Positions 20,957 through 28,766 of a stretch of DNA of 32,000 nucleotides are shown here, one piece after another. The notes below the pieces were generated by a model. The model saw nothing but the letters and a program-made list of their open reading frames with translations. It did no database searches and was not told where the DNA came from. This DNA comes from Candidatus Electronema halotolerans. Lineage in GTDB: Bacteria; Desulfobacterota; Desulfobulbia; Desulfobulbales; Desulfobulbaceae. The DNA is taken from NCBI GenBank assembly GCA_942493095.1, contig OW818675.1, positions 2,790,001 through 2,822,000 of the forward strand, read 5' to 3'. A program made the translations under genes and the position numbers. Every line of letters begins with the position of its first letter. Within the stretch, counting starts at the first letter, position 1.

Positions 20957-21812
20957 CCGCAGCCTTTTCCAGTTCCTGAACAGTTCCGGTGATCGGCTGA
21001 TAGATGCTTTGCTCGACCGGGAATTCATGTTTGAAGCGGAATTCAAAACGAGATTCCCAGCTCAACTCCTTCAGCAGCTCTGTTCGAGTGACTTCAGCAA
21101 CACGACGTTCTCCGCCGCCAAGTCGGGCAATCAGCCGGGCAATGGCTTCAATATCCTGCTCCCGCTGTGCCTCCGAGCGGGACATTACCCCATCTTGCTG
21201 CGAAAATTGATAGTTGAAATAGAGAAAACTGGCATCAATAAAGGCAAGAAAGTCAGCGTCGTCCAATCCTGTTTCCTGCCGCACAGCCTCTATTGCCGAA
21301 GACCAGCCCTGCGGAATGCCCGATAAACCTTTGTGCAGCCATTCTCTCTTTGCCTGCCAGCAATCGCGAATAAATGCCTGAAAGTTTTGTTGCCGAGGCG
21401 GCGAATCATCAAGTGGAAGTTTGATTTCTGGAGGTTTTTTTGGTGAAGGAAGGTGACGGTGGATAAGATGAACCAGAACTCGTCGTTCAGGATATTGCTT
21501 TTTTAAAGCAGACCAGCCATCAGCAAGTTGCAGTATCAGACTGGGGTTCGCTTTGTTTTTGCCGCTGGAACGGATGAAGTCGGCAAATGAGATAAATTCA
21601 ACCTTATCAGACCATTTGACCTGATAGGCAAGCAGTTGCCCATCTGTTGTGGCAACAAGAATATCGTCAACGCGCCCGGCGTTCGGATCGGCTATGTGAA
21701 ACCATTCAAGCCTGCCTTGGATAAGGAGGTCATAGATCAGGATGGCTGCACATTTATCCTGCGGCTCAAAGCCGATTCTTGCGTTGCGTTCACCGTCTGC
21801 CGGGTTCAGCAT
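20949..21812 (-). CDS. N-terminal part of the disrupted STAND protein: Cap4/DUF4297-like PD-(D/E)XK nuclease domain
   Basis: 287-aa ORF: ARIGFEPQDKCAAILIYDLL...GRVDDILVATTDGQLLAYQVKWS (D...QxK core). The last codons (GT AAC TGA) are provided by IS66 copy 2. Confidence 0.75.
   Translation of the reverse strand: MLNPADGERNARIGFEPQDKCAAILIYDLLIQGRLEWFHIADPNAGRVDDILVATTDGQLLAYQVKWSDKVEFISFADFIRSSGKNKANPSLILQLADGWSALKKQYPERRVLVHLIHRHLPSPKKPPEIKLPLDDSPPRQQNFQAFIRDCWQAKREWLHKGLSGIPQGWSSAIEAVRQETGLDDADFLAFIDASFLYFNYQFSQQDGVMSRSEAQREQDIEAIARLIARLGGGERRVAEVTRTELLKELSWESRFEFRFKHEFPVEQSIYQPITGTVQELEKAAGN
20957..20964 (+). repeat. 8-bp target-site duplication CCGCAGCC, right copy (IS66 copy 2)
   Basis: Identical to 19463-19470. 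Confidence 0.93.
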
Positions 21813-21813
21813 T

Positions 21814-21888
21814 TCAAATCAGCACCTCAATCCCCTTTTGCGCCATCAAATTCAGCAGATTTGTTGCTAATTCAGTGAAACTTCTCAT
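21814..21888 (-). CDS. Possible 24-aa micro-ORF MRSFTELATNLLNLMAQKGIEVLI
   Basis: ATG overlaps the stop of the upstream membrane gene (ATGA at 21888-21885); its TGA ends one nucleotide before the ATG of the STAND gene at 21812. Confidence 0.35.
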   Translation of the reverse strand: MRSFTELATNLLNLMAQKGIEVLI

Positions 21889-24290
21889 TGAAGGGGTGCT
21901 GGATTCAACTCAGCAAAGCGCGGCAGGAGCAGCCCGGCGAGCATGTAGAGCAGGAAGGCGGCGTAAACTGTCATCGTGAAGCCGATATAGATGGCGGCAA
22001 CCACACTCAGGACACTGCCGAGCACGGTGCAGAGGCCGTTCACTGCCCACGCCCAGCCCACTGCGCCCCGGCCCTTGTTATGGGAACCAGCAATGCCAAG
22101 GGCAAAGGGCATGCCCATGAAGACACCGAGCGGGAAAATCAGCAGCACCGTGGCGAGAATGCGGACTGGGGTCGGCCACTGGAGGAAGAAGTCGAGCAGC
22201 GGTGTTTTGAGCAGCATCAGGAGGAGGCCGCAGAACGGAATGCCGACAAAAGGCAGCAGCCGGGCCAGCCGTTTTTGCGATAAGGCCAAGGCATCGCAAA
22301 GCCAACTGCCCGCGCCTGCGGCCAGCAGGAAGGCAAAGACCACGCCTGCATAGGTGTAGAGCGGATAGCCAACCAGCTTGTGAAAGAACTGAATGAAGAT
22401 CAGCTCAATGGTGATGAAGCCCGCGCCCAGGCAGGCAAAGTAGGCGATAAAAGCAGGCTTGCCGCTCCACTTGGCCCGGCCTGTGGCGGAAAAGAGCAGC
22501 GGCCCGAACAGGCAGACTGCTGCCAAGGCCAAGGCGGCTCCGGCAGTGACGATCAGATGGATAATATCCATCGGCACCCCATGCTTGATGGAGTTGTTGA
22601 GCAGCACGCTGACGGAGCGGTCAACATACGGCTCTTTGCCGGAAACCGGCCCCAGATGCTTGCGCAGGTGGTTGAAAAAAGGCCGGTCATCAGTCGGCAC
22701 CTCAATCCGGTAGGGGATATTGGCCTCCAGCTCCGGCGGCAGCTGGCCCGTGAAAAAGCCAGGGGCGATGTGGCTGGCCTTTGGCTGGAGCGGATTATGG
22801 ACCAGCTTGAATTTACCGTGCATCAGCGCGTTCACACGGTCAAACTCCTCCTGCGTCCACGGTGACATCTTGATCAGCAGGGTGGGCAGATTGGCCCAAG
22901 CCGCAGAATAGTAGATCAGGACATGACGGGCAAAGTCCTTCCGGCCCATCTCGCTCCACGCTCTGGCAGCAGTGAGCAGCATCTTGGCCCAGACATGATG
23001 ATTGACATGCAGAACCCCGTTTGCGCTCAGATGGCTGAAGTATTCTTTATAGGCCTCAACCGTCTGGAGATAATTGGGCGAGACCGCACCGGAGCCGGAG
23101 GCAATGCTGGCCGAGGTGTGGTTGGACATCATCTGAATGATGTCATAGGATTTGTTGCTGGCCCGCAGGAAGCTGCGCCCCTCGCCTTGGACAGCGTTCA
23201 CCTTGGGATTGGTGTACGGTTCAACCGCATATTTTTCTTTGCCCAGCCGGATTACCGATCCCACCAGCTCGACCGCATCGACCTCGCTGGCTCCAAAGGC
23301 CACAGCAGCCTTGGTTTCCTGCCCGCCTGCCGCGCCAATGACCAGCACCTTGGCTCCGCTACCCTCTTTCAGCCAGTGCGAGGCAAAGACAAAGCGGCCC
23401 CAGAAGTGGCGGTTCGATTTTTGCGGCAGCTCGCGGCGCAGCTTTTGGTAATCACCGTCAAAATCATAGAAATAGCTGGTCTGGGTGCCGCCGTCATAAG
23501 CGATCCACGTGAACAGGTCGCTGTAGCGGATCAGATCAATACGGGAAATGCGGTCCCAAACCGTGAGCAAGGGCGGTTTTTCAGTCAGGGAGATGATGCC
23601 CCGCTTGTTCATATGGAAAGGAATTTCTAAATAATCGCTGTGTCCTTTGCCGATGAACGGCCATGCTGCTGTGAAAATGGCCAGCAAAAGCAGGGGAATC
23701 CTGAATCGGTTTTGGCGCAGCAGCAGAACAGCACCGATCAAGGTCAGTCCGGCCACAGCAAAGAGCAGGCCCGGCCCGCCAAAGGTGGGAATCAGCAATG
23801 GCACTAAGATGCAGCCGAGCGAGGCTCCGGCCAAGTCCCAAGCGTAGAGCCTGCCAAAGCGTTCCGCATGTTCGGTGAAAATCAAAGACAGGATCAGGCC
23901 GCTGAGAAAGAAGGGTGCCAGCAGGCCGCTGAAAGCGACAAAGACTCGCAGAGCCAAGGAGCTGATGCTCTTGAAGTCAATGAAATCAACCTTGAACACA
24001 CTGAGCAGGATAAAGACACCGACATAGCTTGCTGCCAAAGTCACGGTCAGCAGCACGGCCAGCGGCTGCCGCCAGACAAGTCGCTCGGCCAGCACTGAGG
24101 TGACAACTCCGGCAATGCCAAAGCCGAGCAGGGCCAAGGTGATGACCATGTAGGAAAAATGGGGATACCAAAGAATATCCAGCACCCGGATCAGGCTCAG
24201 TTCGTAGAACAGGGTTGAGAGGGCGATCAGGGCGACATAGCCGCCTGTTGCCTCGAACTTGCTCTGAGGCTGCGCTGAAAGATTTGTCAT
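21885..24290 (-). CDS. Multi-TM protein with internal spermidine-synthase-like SAM-binding domain
   Basis: 801 aa; N- and C-terminal TM blocks around KVLVIGAAGGQETKAAVAFGASEVDAVELVGSVIRLG...YDIIQMM (SAM-dependent fold, SpeE-like). Confidence 0.8.
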   Translation of the reverse strand: MTNLSAQPQSKFEATGGYVALIALSTLFYELSLIRVLDILWYPHFSYMVITLALLGFGIAGVVTSVLAERLVWRQPLAVLLTVTLAASYVGVFILLSVFKVDFIDFKSISSLALRVFVAFSGLLAPFFLSGLILSLIFTEHAERFGRLYAWDLAGASLGCILVPLLIPTFGGPGLLFAVAGLTLIGAVLLLRQNRFRIPLLLLAIFTAAWPFIGKGHSDYLEIPFHMNKRGIISLTEKPPLLTVWDRISRIDLIRYSDLFTWIAYDGGTQTSYFYDFDGDYQKLRRELPQKSNRHFWGRFVFASHWLKEGSGAKVLVIGAAGGQETKAAVAFGASEVDAVELVGSVIRLGKEKYAVEPYTNPKVNAVQGEGRSFLRASNKSYDIIQMMSNHTSASIASGSGAVSPNYLQTVEAYKEYFSHLSANGVLHVNHHVWAKMLLTAARAWSEMGRKDFARHVLIYYSAAWANLPTLLIKMSPWTQEEFDRVNALMHGKFKLVHNPLQPKASHIAPGFFTGQLPPELEANIPYRIEVPTDDRPFFNHLRKHLGPVSGKEPYVDRSVSVLLNNSIKHGVPMDIIHLIVTAGAALALAAVCLFGPLLFSATGRAKWSGKPAFIAYFACLGAGFITIELIFIQFFHKLVGYPLYTYAGVVFAFLLAAGAGSWLCDALALSQKRLARLLPFVGIPFCGLLLMLLKTPLLDFFLQWPTPVRILATVLLIFPLGVFMGMPFALGIAGSHNKGRGAVGWAWAVNGLCTVLGSVLSVVAAIYIGFTMTVYAAFLLYMLAGLLLPRFAELNPAPLQ

Positions 24291-24305
24291 GAGTTGCAGA
24301 AGTGA

Positions 24306-24863
24306 TCAGATAAAGACTATCACCACAATGGTGAAGGCAATGGCCACGGCAAAGTAAATTGTCGGCACGTCAAGCCAGACAGGCGGCAGCCAGGCAATGA
24401 GATTCTGCGACGCTGTTGCGGCCAAAGGCGGGGTCATCTGTTCGCGGAAGGGATAACCGGTCATGTCAAGATAAAACCAGATGGTGCCGATTAAGAGATA
24501 TCCGTTGAAAGCCCCGATGATGCAGCCCAGCAGCCAGTCCTGGAAGCGGTCACGGGAAGTTGTCAGCTTGGTTCCGGCCATTTTATGCACCCTGGGAATA
24601 TGATAGCCGAACAGGGCAAAGGCCAGCAGCAGCAGCAGCCAGAGGCAGAATGGTCCGGTCGTGTTGGGATTATTGCTGGACATCATTTGGGAGGCCCAAG
24701 GCAGATAGGTCTGAACAATCTGGATGATGAAGAGCACCAGAATCATGCTGACCGTGACTAACAGCTCCTTGGCCCAGCCGCGCATTGCGCCGATCAGGGC
24801 GAACATGATGATGAATATCCAGAAAACAAGACTGAGCGAGAGCATGGCCTCCTCTTTGTTCAA
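24306..24863 (-). CDS. CvpA-like membrane protein
   Basis: Four TM segments, LIGAMRGWAKELLVTVSMILVLFI, and LLGCIIGAFNGYLLIGTIWFYL, resembling the CvpA family. Confidence 0.6.
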   Translation of the reverse strand: MNKEEAMLSLSLVFWIFIIMFALIGAMRGWAKELLVTVSMILVLFIIQIVQTYLPWASQMMSSNNPNTTGPFCLWLLLLLAFALFGYHIPRVHKMAGTKLTTSRDRFQDWLLGCIIGAFNGYLLIGTIWFYLDMTGYPFREQMTPPLAATASQNLIAWLPPVWLDVPTIYFAVAIAFTIVVIVFI

Positions 24864-24901
24864 TAGGTGAATGCCGCTGACTTCGGCAATGCCTTCCGCT
24901 C

Positions 24902-25906
24902 TCAGCCCCGGAGCAGTTTCGGTTTGAACAGATATTCTTCCATGTGATGAATTTCGTCAATGCCGGAGATGACAATTTCCGGGTCAGTGACAAGCTGCTC
25001 TGCCGCAGTTTTTTCCGGGTAGTCGATGTTGGCAAGAATGTGCTTGATGCAGTTGATCCGCGCCTTTTTCTTATTATCTGAGCGGACGATGGTCCACGGC
25101 GTGAGGCTGCGGTTGGATTCGTTGAGCATCTGGAATTTTTTGACGCTGTACTGATCCCAGTAGGTCTGAGCGAGATTGTCAACCGGCGAGAGCTTGTACT
25201 GCTTGAGCGGATCGCTTTTGCGGCCCTCAAAGCGGCGGGCCTGCTCCTGTTTGGAAACAGAAAAATAAAACTTGAACAGGATGATGCCGTCTTTGACCAG
25301 CATCTGCTCAAAGAGCGGCACATCCTTGAGAAAACGCTTGTGCTGCTCATCAGTGCAGAAATCCATGACCGGCTCAACCATGGCCCGGTTGTACCAGGAA
25401 CGGTCAAAGAGGACCAGCTCCCCGCCTGCCGGCAGATGGGCGACATAACGCTGGAAAAACCACTGCGTCACCTCAGTGTCACTGGGTTTGGCCAAGGCCA
25501 CCACGCGGGCATTGCGCGGATTGAGAAACTCGGTGATCCGCTTGATCGTGCCGCCCTTGCCTGCCGCGTCCCGGCCTTCAAACAGGACCAGCACCCGCAG
25601 CCCGGCCTCCTTGATGTGCATCTGGAGCTTCATCAGCTCAATTTGCAGGGACTTCAGCTCAAGCTCGTATTCAATGACCTTTTCACTGACCCAGACCGCC
25701 CGACGGCCTTTTTTTTCTTTTTTATCAATGTTCTCGACTGCAGTTCCTTCCATCAAGCGGATTTTCTCCTCCTGTCCATCAGCCTGCTCCTCCTGTGCAG
25801 CAGTCTCTTTTTCCTCTGCGGTCAGATCTCCGCCCGCAGGCTCCTCTGGAGATTTTGTCTCGTTCTCTTCGTTTTTCCGCTCATTTTTTTTCTTGTCATC
25901 TGACAT
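24902..25906 (-). CDS. ppk2: Polyphosphate kinase 2 family protein
   Basis: VLVLFEGRDAAGKGGTIKRITEFLNPRNARVVAL...WFFQRYVAHLPAGGELVLFDRSWYNRAMVEPVMDF; start ATG at 25906 (MSDDKKKN), with an acidic N-terminal extension. Confidence 0.93.
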   Translation of the reverse strand: MSDDKKKNERKNEENETKSPEEPAGGDLTAEEKETAAQEEQADGQEEKIRLMEGTAVENIDKKEKKGRRAVWVSEKVIEYELELKSLQIELMKLQMHIKEAGLRVLVLFEGRDAAGKGGTIKRITEFLNPRNARVVALAKPSDTEVTQWFFQRYVAHLPAGGELVLFDRSWYNRAMVEPVMDFCTDEQHKRFLKDVPLFEQMLVKDGIILFKFYFSVSKQEQARRFEGRKSDPLKQYKLSPVDNLAQTYWDQYSVKKFQMLNESNRSLTPWTIVRSDNKKKARINCIKHILANIDYPEKTAAEQLVTDPEIVISGIDEIHHMEEYLFKPKLLRG

Positions 25907-26103
25907 GATATTGCTCCTGATAATGGTGTTTGCGGAATTGTAGCACAAGTGCTGCTGGATGGAAACAATTCTCCGTGCCGCAGCTCAGTTCAGCTTGCGG
26001 CCCTGCCCGCAGCCTACGCTGACCGTGAATGCGGCGGCGGATAAAAAATCTCCTTATAATTTTGCGGTCAAGACAATCATTAACAGGCTGTACAGAAGCC
26101 CTG

Positions 26104-26126
26104 CTCTGTGCTAATATAGCACAGAG
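26104..26126 (+). repeat. Perfect 9-bp inverted repeat (CTCTGTGCT AATAT AGCACAGAG)
   Basis: Read directly; lies just upstream of the probable argJ start. Confidence 0.8.
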
Positions 26127-26139
26127 AGCAGCAGCGGTC

Positions 26140-27363
26140 ATGCCGCAACAGAAGAAAACACACACCAGCGGACAGCAGATGCAGGTCAAAGGATTTTCCG
26201 CCGCCGCAGTCAGGGCAGGCATCAAGTATCAGAACCGGCTTGATCTGGGGCTGATTTTTTCTGAGACTCCAGCCGCCGCCGCTGGAGTGTTCACCACCAG
26301 CACGGTCAAGGCTGCTCCAGTCCTGCTCGGCATGGAGCGGCTGCGCTCAGGCCGGGCGCAGGCCATAGTGGTCAACAGCGGCAATGCCAATGCCTGCACA
26401 GGCGCAGAGGGCATGAGCATGGCCCGCGCTGTGGGCGGCTTGGCTGCCCAAGCCTTGCGCATTGATGAGGAGCTGGTTCAAGTTGCCTCCACCGGCGTGA
26501 TCGGGGCGCAGCTCAAGCTGGAGCCGTTTGCCAAGGCCATGCCTGATCTGGCTGCCGCTCTGTCACCGGACGGCTTTGCTGATCTGGCCCGCGCCATCAT
26601 GACCACGGACACGGTGCCCAAGACGGCTGCCGCAACGGTGATGATCGACAACAGGGAGGTCAACCTCTGGGCCTGCGCCAAAGGGGCCGGCATGATCATG
26701 CCCAATATGGCCACCATGCTCTGCTTTGCCGTCACTGACGCAAAGATCGCCCAGCCCGCTTTGCAGGCGGCAGTCAGCAGCGGGGCCGAGCTGTCCTTCA
26801 ACCGCATCACCGTCGATGGCGACACCTCGACCAATGACACTGTCCTCTGTTTAGCCAATGGCGCGGCAGGGAACACCTTGCTTGACCAGCACTGCCCAGA
26901 AGCTTTGGCAGTCTTCACTGAGGCTCTGCATGGCCTGTTCAAAGACCTTGCGGTGCAGATAGTCCGCGACGGCGAAGGCGCAACCAAACTTGTGATTATT
27001 CGGGTGGAAGGTGCCGCAACCCAGGAGGAGGCGGTTAATGCGGCCCGCACCATTGCCAATTCGCCCTTGGTGAAGACTGCTTTTTTTGGTGAAGATGCCA
27101 ACTGGGGCCGGATCATTGCCGCTCTCGGTCGTTCTGGAGCTGAGTTCCAGCCGGAGCGCGTCGCCATTGCCTTTGATGAGGCCCTTTTGGTGGAAAACGG
27201 CTTTGGTTTGGGTCAAGAGGCGGAGCATGCCGCTTCGCAGGTCTTGAAAAAAAAGGACTTCACAGTCACGGTCCGTCTTGGTCAAGGCGCGGCAGCGGCG
27301 GAAGTGCTGACCTGCGACCTGAGCTGTGATTATGTCAAGATCAACGCAGACTACCGCTCCTGA
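26140..27363 (+). CDS. argJ: Bifunctional glutamate N-acetyltransferase/amino-acid acetyltransferase ArgJ
   Basis: GIKYQNRLDLGLIFSE..VVNSGNANACTGAEG...GAGMIMPNMATMLCF..FNRITVDGDTSTNDTV...GEDANWGRIIAALG. Likely start ATG at 26140 (MPQQKK), not 26029. Confidence 0.95.
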   Translation: MPQQKKTHTSGQQMQVKGFSAAAVRAGIKYQNRLDLGLIFSETPAAAAGVFTTSTVKAAPVLLGMERLRSGRAQAIVVNSGNANACTGAEGMSMARAVGGLAAQALRIDEELVQVASTGVIGAQLKLEPFAKAMPDLAAALSPDGFADLARAIMTTDTVPKTAAATVMIDNREVNLWACAKGAGMIMPNMATMLCFAVTDAKIAQPALQAAVSSGAELSFNRITVDGDTSTNDTVLCLANGAAGNTLLDQHCPEALAVFTEALHGLFKDLAVQIVRDGEGATKLVIIRVEGAATQEEAVNAARTIANSPLVKTAFFGEDANWGRIIAALGRSGAEFQPERVAIAFDEALLVENGFGLGQEAEHAASQVLKKKDFTVTVRLGQGAAAAEVLTCDLSCDYVKINADYRS

Positions 27364-27369
27364 GCGGCA

Positions 27370-28074
27370 ATGAGCGGCGAGCCTTTCCGAGTCCAGCCCC
27401 TGCACGGGGTGTCGCTGCCTGCTTTTCTCCAGCTTTTGGAGCATGAGCGGAGCACCTGCACCCTGACAGTGGCTGCCAAAGGAAAGAATGGCCGCTTTTT
27501 TTTCCGCGAAGGTCAGCTGATCGACGCAGCCTGTGATGGCAAGGCCGGGGTGGAGGCGGCGCATGTCCTGCTGGCCTTGAAAAAACCTGATTTTTCGGTC
27601 AGAGCTTCGGAAGATCGCATGACCCGGATTCATCAGCCTTTGGCCCGCATCTTGCTGCAAGCGCAAGACAAGGCCGGACTAAGCGGCTCGGTCACGGAGA
27701 CTCTGCCCGGCGAGGAAGCCTTTGCCGAAGAAGTGAAGTCCAGCCCCCTGCTGCTCCGCCTGCTTGCGGAACTGACCGCGATTCCGGCAGTGAAGCATTA
27801 CTGCCTGCTCAACCGGAAGGGCAAGGTGGCGGCCTGCTCCACTCATAACACCCAGTTCTGCAATTTCATCTCATACACCATCATGTGCAGTCTGCAGGTG
27901 CGCAAAGGCTTGGGCGGCGATGTCAAAGGGCCGAACCGCATTCAGATGCTGCTGCGCAGCGGCGATGCCCTGCTGATTCAGCCGGGGGCAGGCGTGATCA
28001 TTGGCCTGCTGGTGGACGGCAATGCCCCGCTGCCGGAGCTGTCAGCCAGAATACGGGCCTTGCTTGCCCATTGA
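27370..28074 (+). CDS. DUF4388/PATAN-like + roadblock/LC7-like protein
   Basis: N-terminus VSLPAFLQLLEHERSTCTLTVAAKGKNGRFFFREGQLIDAACDGKAGVEA is DUF4388-like; the C-terminal half resembles a roadblock fold. Confidence 0.6.
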   Translation: MSGEPFRVQPLHGVSLPAFLQLLEHERSTCTLTVAAKGKNGRFFFREGQLIDAACDGKAGVEAAHVLLALKKPDFSVRASEDRMTRIHQPLARILLQAQDKAGLSGSVTETLPGEEAFAEEVKSSPLLLRLLAELTAIPAVKHYCLLNRKGKVAACSTHNTQFCNFISYTIMCSLQVRKGLGGDVKGPNRIQMLLRSGDALLIQPGAGVIIGLLVDGNAPLPELSARIRALLAH

Positions 28075-28085
28075 GTCTGAAAAAT

Positions 28086-28712
28086 ATGTGGAATTTAGTG
28101 GAGGAAATCTTTGCCCAGCCCGGAGTTGCCGGAGCCTGTGTGCTGAACAGCAAGGGAAAACAGCTTTGCGGCAAAGGGCATGAAAAACTGGCTCCCAAAC
28201 TGCTGAACACCTTGGGGCTGCATACGGCCCGTCTTTTTCAGATGGGCAGCATGAGCGGGCTTGAGATCAACATGGCCCAGTTTGTTTTTGACCGTTATGC
28301 CGTGGTGGCCCAGCTTGTTCCTTCCGGCGAGATTTTTCTTGTCCTCTGCGCCGCTCATGCTGACTGCTGCCAGATTGCCAAGACCATCACGGGCCGGGCT
28401 GCGGCTGCGCTGCCGCCGGAGCTGCAGCCTGAGGCGGAGTCGGCGGCAGCGGACACCAGCTTGGCAAAGGAAGAGGCCTTGGAAGTCTGTCCGCCGCAGC
28501 TCCAAGTCATGTTTGACAGGATTGAGCAGGCCCTGACCGGAGCCATCGGGCCGGTTGCGGGAATGGTCATGCACGATTATATTGATCTTTGGCGGCAGAG
28601 TGGTCCGGCAGTGCCAGCCCGGCTGGTTGAGCTGACCAACATGCTGGTTGATGAGATCGGCGAGCCAGAGGCCGCTCAGGACTTTGTCGCCCAAATTGAG
28701 CAGATTATCTGA
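28086..28712 (+). CDS. Roadblock/LC7-like protein
   Basis: MWNLVEEIFAQPGVAGACVLNSKGKQLCG...; start ATG at 28086, in the frame of the track ORF. Confidence 0.5.
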   Translation: MWNLVEEIFAQPGVAGACVLNSKGKQLCGKGHEKLAPKLLNTLGLHTARLFQMGSMSGLEINMAQFVFDRYAVVAQLVPSGEIFLVLCAAHADCCQIAKTITGRAAAALPPELQPEAESAAADTSLAKEEALEVCPPQLQVMFDRIEQALTGAIGPVAGMVMHDYIDLWRQSGPAVPARLVELTNMLVDEIGEPEAAQDFVAQIEQII

Positions 28713-28766
28713 AGTGCCGCAGTCTGCTCCTTGTTTGTCAATCCAGCCGTTCCGACGGTTTTTTTC

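Larger units (their letters stand above)
12687..21812 (-). pseudogene. Disrupted giant STAND NTPase of Avs (antiviral STAND) type: Cap4/DUF4297-like nuclease + P-loop NTPase + long helical-repeat C-terminus
   Basis: Fragments 21812-20957, 19470-14239 and 12744-12687 fall in one frame after removing two 1,494-bp blocks (1,486-bp IS + 8-bp duplication). Reconstructed span 6,138 nt = 2,046 codons. Junction reads ...TVQELEKAA|AQFNSGYLALIGPPGTGKSTTLTQTF. One in-frame TAG at 16959-16961. Confidence 0.88.

Noticed and set aside
26029-26139. Extended 37-aa N-terminus for ArgJ from the ORF track
   Set aside because: It runs through the hairpin region and precedes the normal ArgJ N-terminal region; ATG at 26140 is more plausible.
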